Shown in pieces: positions 25,795 through 32,193 of a DNA stretch of 63,842 nt. Each line of letters begins with the position of its first letter. Position 1 is the stretch's first letter. The stretch lies in IMG/VR virus record IMGVR_UViG_3300009960_000001, positions 1 to 63,842 of that record; one strand, written 5' to 3'. This DNA is from a virus. The position numbers were made by a program, and so were the translations under genes. The notes under the pieces are model-generated. The model did no database searches, was not told the DNA's origin, and saw nothing but the letters and a program-made list of their open reading frames with translations.

Positions 25795-26742
25795 TTAGTA
25801 TTCTACAATGTCAAAGTAATCTTCCAAGCAATCACGGTCGCAAAAATGGTCGCAACCATTTGCTTCGATATAGTTTCGGCTGAGGTGCACAGGAGAGCCA
25901 CAGCGTGCGCAAGAGTCCAGCTGGCTGTCATCTTCATATACCCAGCTATCAATATTTTCAGCATAGACAGCGCTATCTCGTAAGATGTGTTCTTCATATT
26001 CATCAGAATAGACAACATCGTCTTCATCTAACCAGCCATCACTTTCAGTATAAATCAATCCTTCTTCCTCCAAATTGAGCTCATTTAGTTCTTTGAACTC
26101 TACAGCCCCAAAATCAAAGTCTGGGCTATAGTATTTGCGCACACGGTCGCAAGCAAAGTTAGACCAGAAGCCATCAGTGTTTACAAGGTTTCCTACCTCT
26201 TCTGTGGTGTATTCGATGGTTTCCCATTTAACCCCATAGTGCACAAGCAAGAGGGCTAGGGGTGCACTGTATTCTCCGTGGTTACTTACCCGATACCAAT
26301 CGGAAACACAGAATCCTGTAGGCTGGCTAAAGTAGTAGAAACGGGCTGTGGGTTCATCATCAGCGCTATAGATGTAGCAATAACGAGACCCCTCATAAGT
26401 CGCTAGGGCTGTACTCGTAGCATGTCCGCACCCGTCAGTATTATTGCATGAGCCGTCAAAAGCCCATTCGTCTTGTTCCTCATAGTCGGGTAACTCAGCC
26501 GAAAATTTGACTTTAAACTCATAGTCATAGGGGTTACCTTCATAGTCATTGAGATAGTCAGCGTCTGTATATAGCCCGATAAGTTCGGTTACAGCTTCAC
26601 CCCAAAACTTAATTTCAAGGTCTGATACCTCGATTTTTAGCTTCTTAAGTTGCTTGCTAAGTTTAGGCTTATTTTCGCCTAATTCGATTGAGTCTGTGTT
26701 AAAGTAGCGGTTCAAAAGTTCGTTAATGCTGAAAGTTTTCAT
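25795..26742 (-). CDS. Hypothetical protein with C-terminal zinc-ribbon, paralogue of 23286..24788
   Basis: PKLSKQLKK...EWAFDGSCNNTDGC...TAL. C-terminus CARCGSPVH...CDHFCDRDC. Confidence 0.6.
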   Translation of the reverse strand: MKTFSINELLNRYFNTDSIELGENKPKLSKQLKKLKIEVSDLEIKFWGEAVTELIGLYTDADYLNDYEGNPYDYEFKVKFSAELPDYEEQDEWAFDGSCNNTDGCGHATSTALATYEGSRYCYIYSADDEPTARFYYFSQPTGFCVSDWYRVSNHGEYSAPLALLLVHYGVKWETIEYTTEEVGNLVNTDGFWSNFACDRVRKYYSPDFDFGAVEFKELNELNLEEEGLIYTESDGWLDEDDVVYSDEYEEHILRDSAVYAENIDSWVYEDDSQLDSCARCGSPVHLSRNYIEANGCDHFCDRDCLEDYFDIVEY

Positions 26743-26809
26743 GTTATTTTACCTCTTTAAAGTGAATTATTGAGAGAATACCTCTCATTGATTTTAAATT
26801 ATTGAAATG

Positions 26810-27025
26810 TTATTGCGGTATCATTTGCCCCTTCTGTGAGGCTGTATAGGTTTTGTAGTCTGTAGGTACATTGAGAAGCTCTCCGTTGTCCCCTACGACT
26901 TGCAAGAAATAAGTGCCTTGTTGGCTAAACTTAGCCGTTATCTGCCCTGTGCGAGGCTGAGACTGAGAGTATCCCCAGAGACACAGGAGAAGGGCTATAG
27001 TAAGCCCTGAGAGTAGTTTTGTCAT
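26810..27025 (-). CDS. Small secreted protein / putative lipoprotein
   Basis: MTKLLSGLTIALLLC: signal peptide with a lipobox-like LLLC. AAAGGAG RBS. Confidence 0.55.
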   Translation of the reverse strand: MTKLLSGLTIALLLCLWGYSQSQPRTGQITAKFSQQGTYFLQVVGDNGELLNVPTDYKTYTASQKGQMIPQ

Positions 27026-27661
27026 AGTGCATAACTCCTTTTTAAATTATAGTGCCCTTGTGTTTGGACTATGACTTAGGAAGCTTTTACACCTCCTGAG
27101 CCTTAGTTTGCGGTTGCATATTTATTATTTAATATAGTGTCTGCGTACTCGTTTTGACTGTTAGTCTTTAACCCTACAGACACAAGGTGTTTTATTGATA
27201 TATAATATTATTTCGTTCGTGAGCTAGTGCAAGCAATCCCAATTATTTGAACGTCGAAGCAATGGGCTTGATGTCTGTAAGTAGTGACTGTCCTATTGTT
27301 TGATAGTGATAGCACAGAAGGCTATATATTCAAACTAACAGTATATCTTGCATAGTCAGAGGCTCATTGCTTTATATGTTGGGCTTTGCTATAGTGCACT
27401 AGCTATTTATTAGTTGTTGAGTGGCTTGCCTTTCACCTAGTAGCCTTTAGCACTGGCTAAGCGGTCATGGGATAAGCTATCTTACCCTATCGCCTAGTTA
27501 CCTCTATCAGTACCGACTAAGTTACTCCAGCAAGTCTTTGCAAGTCTTTCAGTAGGGCGCTTGTTCTCCCTTGTCTTATTGTACTTTTCAAAGAGCTAGA
27601 TAGTCGAGGATAGCCTCGGTATGTTATGACCTATGTCATATTTCCTTATCTTTATGATACT

Positions 27662-27690
27662 AGTATAACATCTTCTAACCTCTTTGTCAA
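27662..27690 (-). promoter_or_regulatory. Near-consensus sigma-A promoter (TTGACA-17-TATACT)
   Basis: Minus strand TTGACA (27690-27685), 17-nt spacer, TATACT (27667-27662). Followed by about 630 nt without an ORF before ATG 27025. Confidence 0.65.
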
Positions 27691-28246
27691 CAACTTTTTA
27701 TATTTTTTAGCTATAGGAAATAACTATAAGGGTATATAGGCTACGCCTATAAGTGTATGGCAAGTGAGAGGGTGAAAAGTGAATGACTGAAAGCCGACTG
27801 ACCGGTCGGTATCGTACAAGGTGTTCGATTTCTTACTCCCTGTCTGTTTCCGTACACCCTGTTCGATAACTCCTTCCCACCTAACATTTTTCCATGTCGC
27901 CTCCTATAAATTACTACTATAGCACCTTGCCCTTTACTTTTTAGTAAAAAGAAGTGGTATATTTTTCCTTGGTTAAAAAGGTATAAAGAAAAGGTCGATT
28001 AAAAAATGGAGGGTATGGGTGTGGGGTCGGATTTGCTTATTCGTCATTCAAAAATTTTTAATAGTAAAATATTATAGCTAATTAAAAAATGAACCCATAT
28101 CTCACTATCTCAAATTCCCCCATTCACCACTCATACTAATTCGATATAATTCGTATAATATGATTTAATTCGTATTTCTATGCCCCATGCCCTGAGCCAT
28201 AAGGATTTATATAATTTGAATTAAATCGTATTTTATAATTCCTGTG

Positions 28247-28345
28247 TATTCTACTGTATGAATGGATATACGAGCTATGCGAGTATATTCATGAATACTA
28301 GTAGAATATTATTCTCTGCGAGTGATAACGAGCTGAGAGAATAAT
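28247..28345. repeat. Two adjacent hairpins with CGAG-N-CGAG loops
   Basis: Hairpin 1: outer stem TATTCTACT / AGTAGAATA, loop includes CGAGCTATGCGAG. Hairpin 2: stem ATTATTCTCT / AGAGAATAAT (10 bp), loop GCGAGTGATAACGAGCTG. Confidence 0.7.
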
Positions 28346-28805
28346 CCTATCCCTTGTACCGAAGGTACTATCTCTGTACTCATATCTCTGTATGGTACTA
28401 TTCTAACCACTATTCTATTGAGCTAATATAAGCCTCTCTATAGCTCTATTCTATCTCCCTAGTACAATACCACTCTGAGCTACCTAAAATCGAATATAGG
28501 GCTTTATATGAGCTCTGAGAAGCCACTACTCTATTACTCTAATAAGACACAGAAGACTCTCTAGTATTATAAAAGGCTCTCTTATGTCCTAATACTGACA
28601 CAGGAGGTATTATATTATACAAGAATGACCTTTCTCTATCACTATGCATATTGCCCTTTCCCTTGTGGCTCTAGGCTTTATGTACTCTGTGTGTATTATA
28701 TTATTCATTATTCTGAGTATATATTTATCTTCATGCATATTGCCTATGCTGGTACTTTCCTAAGGACCTACACAGAAGACACAGGGCTGTATATTACTTA
28801 GTGAA

Positions 28806-28940
28806 ATAATACTACGAGCTCTGCGAGGAGTATTATGAGCTTAGTAATATAACAAAGACAACGAGCCCTGCGAGGAAGTCTGCGTTAGTCTTCCAAAGAT
28901 AACCTTCCACGGAGTCGCTAGACGAAGTTGAAGGGTTATC
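28806..28940. repeat. Three further hairpins of the same loop family
   Basis: ATAATACT-ACGAGCTCTGCGAGG-AGTATTAT; a weak stem around AACGAGCCCTGCGAGGAA; GATAACCTTC-CACGGAGTCGCTAGACGAAGTT-GAAGGGTTATC. Confidence 0.65.
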
Positions 28941-29055
28941 CTGTGCCCTTATTATGGTACTAAAATAGCCTCTAAAATTTCAAAATGAATATAGTATAAT
29001 TTATTTATAGATATTTTAGTATAATATTAAATTTGTGCATTTTCTATGATTACCC

Positions 29056-29187
29056 TGTGGATAACTCTTATAAAGCCCGTCACTAAGCCATTTCACAATT
29101 TCACAATGTTACCAAAAAGTCACATAACTCAATTTTGTAATTTATTTGTAACAAAAACTGTGGATAACTAGCCCTTTCTGTGGATAA
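29056..29187 (+). promoter_or_regulatory. Three perfect DnaA boxes (TGTGGATAA = complement of TTATCCACA) in AT-rich DNA; candidate replication origin
   Basis: CTGTGGATAAC at 29056-29064, 29159-29167 and 29179-29187, all in the same orientation. Flanked by AT-rich tracts and a TTTCACAA tandem repeat. Confidence 0.6.
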
Positions 29188-29438
29188 CTTGAAGGATATT
29201 ATAGCATAATAAATTAGTTAAGAAAAGTTATGTAACATTTTTAAGAAAAACTGATACTATTCTACTGTCATCTACATATACTTTATACCTAGTTACATAG
29301 ATTTATTACTCATTTATACATCTAACTATAATATTTGCCTCTTTATCCTACTAAATTTACTAGTTTTATGCAAAATTATGGATATTTCGTGCATATTTAG
29401 GGGGTAAAATGCATAAAATAAAAAGTGTAGTGTCTGAG

Positions 29439-29467
29439 TTGACAAAATGCCCAAAAATCGTTATACT
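29439..29467 (+). promoter_or_regulatory. Near-consensus sigma-A promoter (TTGACA-17-TATACT)
   Basis: TTGACA at 29439-29444, 17-nt spacer, TATACT at 29462-29467. Same hexamers as the promoter at 27662-27690. Confidence 0.6.
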
Positions 29468-29585
29468 TGCAGTATGTGCGCGGCGGGGTTGTATGATGTG
29501 GTATGTATATAAATTATACTAATGAATATGATACTAATAATATGCATAATTAATATTCATTTATATAATATATAATTCTTAGTGA

Positions 29586-29660
29586 ATAAACATAGCCCCG
29601 CTATGTTTATGAGCTTAGAATTATATTATCTACCCTGAGTGTAACGAAGGAGTAGATAAT
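29586..29660. repeat. Two hairpins; the second has the GAGTG-TAACGA loop also seen at 28318-28335
   Basis: 10-bp stem at 29586-29595/29601-29610. 9-bp stem at 29625-29633/29652-29660. Confidence 0.6.
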
Positions 29661-29687
29661 AGGTGATAGAGTATTGAATAATAAAAT

Positions 29688-29706
29688 AGGACCTGTGATA
29701 GGTCCT
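29688..29706. terminator. Hairpin terminator shared by gene 29708..30682 (minus) and the candidate sRNA (plus)
   Basis: AGGACC-tgtgata-GGTCCT. Followed by TTTTAT on plus and ATTTTATTATT on minus. Confidence 0.55.
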
Positions 29707-29707
29707 T

Positions 29708-30682
29708 TTATACATATTCAATTTTAAGGTATCTCACTGTGTCATCAAAGTCCTCAATGAACTCCTTAGATATTCTTTCCTTGGTAGCTATGTCTCTAAA
29801 GTTATCCCTAAAAGCTTCCATATTCCTAGAGCCTAGTACCTCAGCATGGGTCACACCGTAGTATTCCACAAGCCAGTTAGATAATTCATCTATCTCCTCT
29901 GTGCTACGTTTCCACCACCAGAACCACTGTGTATGAGAGAGTCCGAAGTGAGCCTGTGCCTTCTTAATGTTACCGAATAGCCTTTTCACAGCCTTTGAGG
30001 CGTCAGCCCTTAGCATAGGGTTGTAAATAAACTCACCATATTCACTGTGAAGCTCAAAGTATTCCTTCAAGTAGTTCTCATAGCCCTTGAACCATTCAGT
30101 AGGTCCTGAAATATTATACTTCTTATACCACAGATACAATAGTCCTCCCTTAATGAATGTCTTGCCTGTCTGATACATATACACAGAGGCCATGTCCATT
30201 TCCCAGAAGGGTACATCAGGGAAGAATTTCTGAATATTTATATGGTCTCCATCAAGATACACCTCAGAACGCACATATTCGGCCATTCTGCTGTAGTAAA
30301 CAGATAGTGTGGTACTTTCCCCTAGGACTTCAAATAACGCTGCTGTGGACTTGCTAGATACCTTTAACGAGCCTGTGCCTGCCATGATGTATTTATGTAC
30401 GTTGGCTGTGCTTCCAAATGTCCTAGCCAGCTTCTTGTTCAATCCCTTTAGCATTTCTCTCAGGGACTCATTCAGGTTCTCTATGTAGGTCACAGTGATT
30501 TCCTTACCAAGGCGCTTTGTGTAGTAATCTTGGAACTGCTGACGTCCTGAGTCTATAAGCTCCTCTAAGTCAAACCTTCCTGTGTCATATATGTTAAATA
30601 AGAACTCAGCCGTCACAGGGGAGACTAGCCTATTCTTTCTTGAAACTTCTTGTGATTTAATACCTGAGAAAATATACTTCAT
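29708..30682 (-). CDS. Hypothetical early protein (first minus-strand gene)
   Basis: Start moved to ATG 30682 (MKYIFSGIK), behind a GGAGGTAAGG RBS. The ATG at 30697 would sit at the transcript 5' end. Confidence 0.6.
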   Translation of the reverse strand: MKYIFSGIKSQEVSRKNRLVSPVTAEFLFNIYDTGRFDLEELIDSGRQQFQDYYTKRLGKEITVTYIENLNESLREMLKGLNKKLARTFGSTANVHKYIMAGTGSLKVSSKSTAALFEVLGESTTLSVYYSRMAEYVRSEVYLDGDHINIQKFFPDVPFWEMDMASVYMYQTGKTFIKGGLLYLWYKKYNISGPTEWFKGYENYLKEYFELHSEYGEFIYNPMLRADASKAVKRLFGNIKKAQAHFGLSHTQWFWWWKRSTEEIDELSNWLVEYYGVTHAEVLGSRNMEAFRDNFRDIATKERISKEFIEDFDDTVRYLKIEYV

Positions 30683-30703
30683 TTTCCTTACCTCCATGTA
30701 ATT

Positions 30704-30732
30704 ATTGTAGCATATTTGGTTAGAAGTTTCAA
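30704..30732 (-). promoter_or_regulatory. Early leftward promoter (TTGAAA-17-TACAAT)
   Basis: Minus strand TTGAAA (30732-30727), 17-nt spacer, TACAAT (30709-30704). Confidence 0.6.
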
Positions 30733-30753
30733 TAGAGAAACGGTTGAAAAAGT

Positions 30754-31091
30754 AAAGTACAGATAATACAAGGTAAAGAAAGGCACAGAGTATTTATTCT
30801 TTATAGTGTAATATCTGTACTTTGGTAAAATATCCATAGTAAAGTACAGTTAATACAGTATAAAGAATAACACAGAGCTATATTTCTTTAATATGCATTA
30901 TCTGTACTTTGCTTGCAAAGTTCAGATAATAGCATATCAGAAAATCAGTAACACAGGGAAGGAAAGTCTCCTGTGTCAATAAGCTAAGTCCTTAGAGCTA
31001 AAGAGCTCAGGAGTAAAGTACAGATAATACAGTATAAAGAAGAGCTCTAAGAGCTATGTGTATTTCTTTAACTTGTATTATCTGTACTTTG
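30754..31091. repeat. Three full copies plus one degenerate copy of the ~70-nt palindromic element, between the divergent promoters
   Basis: Full copies at 30754-30825, 30841-30911 and 31015-31091. Degenerate half-copy at 30916-30957. Same arms and AACACAG loop as 22044-22201. Confidence 0.8.
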
Positions 31092-31111
31092 CTAAAAACA
31101 GAGATTTTTAC

Positions 31112-31140
31112 TTGCACTCCCCTGTGACTTATGGTATTAT
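31112..31140 (+). promoter_or_regulatory. Rightward promoter (TTGCAC-17-TATTAT with TGg extended -10)
   Basis: TTGCAC at 31112-31117 and TATTAT at 31135-31140, preceded by TGG. RBS AGGAGG at 31153, ATG at 31164. Confidence 0.6.
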
Positions 31141-31163
31141 AGATACATAGCTCAGGAGGAAGT

Positions 31164-31673
31164 ATGTTACTCAGTTTAGACATTTCAACACGTTCAACAG
31201 GATACGCCATTCTTGACCACAACGGAAAAGTGGTTACTCATAATGTTATCTCCCCTCGCAACGATAGTTACCTAGAACGTGCACAAGAAATGGCTGAGCA
31301 AGTAAGGCTTCTTCTGCATAGCTACCCAATAAAACGGGTAATTATAGAAGAGCTCAAAGTTCTCAAAAATCAAAAGACCCTTGTGTGTCTCGCTATAACG
31401 CAGGGAGTGATTATTAGAGAACTTAATGATTTAGCTATCAACTTTGTTGGTCCTTCGGTCTGGCGCAAGTTATTTAAGTTATCTGGTCTCAAGCGAGCCG
31501 AGGCTAAGAAACATGCGATAGGCTTGTGCAGACGGAAGGGGCATGATGCAATCTGTGATGACGACGCAGAAGCGATACTGATTGGAGAATATTTTTATGA
31601 AAGTACAAGTAGTGACATCTACGAAAACTTACGAAGTACCAGAAGGGCTACTACCAAAAGTAGAGCAAAATAA
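31164..31673 (+). CDS. RuvC-like Holliday-junction resolvase
   Basis: N-terminus MLLSLDISTRSTGYAIL and C-terminal DDDAEAILIG, as in phage RuvC-family resolvases. Confidence 0.7.
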   Translation: MLLSLDISTRSTGYAILDHNGKVVTHNVISPRNDSYLERAQEMAEQVRLLLHSYPIKRVIIEELKVLKNQKTLVCLAITQGVIIRELNDLAINFVGPSVWRKLFKLSGLKRAEAKKHAIGLCRRKGHDAICDDDAEAILIGEYFYESTSSDIYENLRSTRRATTKSRAK

Positions 31674-31851
31674 TTCTGAGAAAGTGCTTCGTGTGAATTT
31701 ATCTGACACAGAAGAGCTTGTGTGTTACAGCTTGCAGATGTATGAGCTAAAAGATGGAGTCCTCAGTTACTACTGTGTTCCATCAAACATTATTTATGAA
31801 GAAGGGAAACCTTTGGAGTATAAAATACAATCGTTATTAGGCATGGGGTAG
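31597..31851 (+). CDS. Hypothetical protein
   Basis: Start moved to ATG 31597 (MKVQVVTSTK), with GGAG 9 nt upstream. Confidence 0.5.
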   Translation: MKVQVVTSTKTYEVPEGLLPKVEQNNSEKVLRVNLSDTEELVCYSLQMYELKDGVLSYYCVPSNIIYEEGKPLEYKIQSLLGMG

Positions 31852-31930
31852 GAAGACTTTTGCTATAAACCTTTTCATATTACCTTTCTATAACCTTTCT
31901 ATTACTACCAGACCTACCCCAGCTGGTTTT

Positions 31931-32005
31931 GTGCATGTGGTGAAGTTGGCTTAACACAGAGCTCTGCAAAAGCTCCATTCGCAGGTTCAAATCCTGTCAT
32001 GCACT
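31931..32005 (+). tRNA. tRNA-Cys(GCA): tRNA-Cys (anticodon GCA), no encoded CCA
   Basis: Cloverleaf folded by hand. 7-bp acceptor GTGCATG/CATGCAC, D-loop with GG, anticodon arm GAGCT-CTGCAAA-AGCTC, T arm GCAGG-TTCAAAT-CCTGT, discriminator U73. Confidence 0.85.
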
Positions 32006-32145
32006 TTGCCCTTTGTGGCAATGTATTTCATATATCTCCTGTATCGTTAGCCTGTGTGATTGTAAAAGGTCACATGGGCATAGGAGCAAATCACCTAATT
32101 ACCAAACACACAGTGTTATACTATACATACGTTGCTCCGAAGAGT

Positions 32146-32176
32146 CCCATAGTGCTATCACTGTGGGATTTGTTTT
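32146..32176 (+). terminator. Rho-independent terminator/attenuator just upstream of the packaging genes
   Basis: 9-bp stem CCCATAGTG / CACTGTGGG with loop ctat, followed by ATTTGTTTT. It ends 18 nt before ATG 32194. Confidence 0.5.
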
Positions 32177-32193
32177 AGAAGAAAGAGGTTATT

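Larger units (their letters stand above)
29474..29710 (+). ncRNA. Candidate ~230-nt small RNA running from the consensus promoter to the shared terminator
   Basis: No ORF. Three stem-loops: AATGAATAT/ATATTCATT, ATAAACATAG/CTATGTTTAT with loop CCCCG, and ATTATCTAC/GTAGATAAT with loop CCTGAGTGTAACGAAGGA. Ends at hairpin 29688-29706. Confidence 0.3.

Noticed and set aside
28272-28280. GAGCTATGC matches 9 nt of the Streptococcus pyogenes type II-A CRISPR repeat as I recall it.
   Set aside because: Only 9 nt match, with no flanking GTTTTA or the rest of the repeat. The other loops do not extend the match. Judged coincidental.
28625-28801. 58-aa Tyr-rich hydrophobic ORF inside the ORF-free island.
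   Set aside because: The nearest Shine-Dalgarno-like sequence (AGGAGG) is about 18 nt from the ATG. The composition is driven by the T/A-rich direct repeats it spans. Kept only as a remote possibility.
28247-28940. CRISPR array or solitary CRISPR-repeat mimic as an explanation for the hairpin family.
   Set aside because: There is no constant repeat separated by unique spacers of regular length. Here the stems vary and only the loops are similar, with irregular spacing.
29634-29651. Hammerhead-like ribozyme core (CUGA...GAA) in the hairpin loops.
   Set aside because: The loops lack the full CUGAUGA / GAAA core and the three-helix junction. Only fragmentary resemblance.
31007-31222. 71-aa minus-strand ORF across the divergent promoter region.
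   Set aside because: It is made up of a palindromic repeat copy plus the rightward promoter and the 5' end of the RuvC gene on the opposite strand. No RBS.
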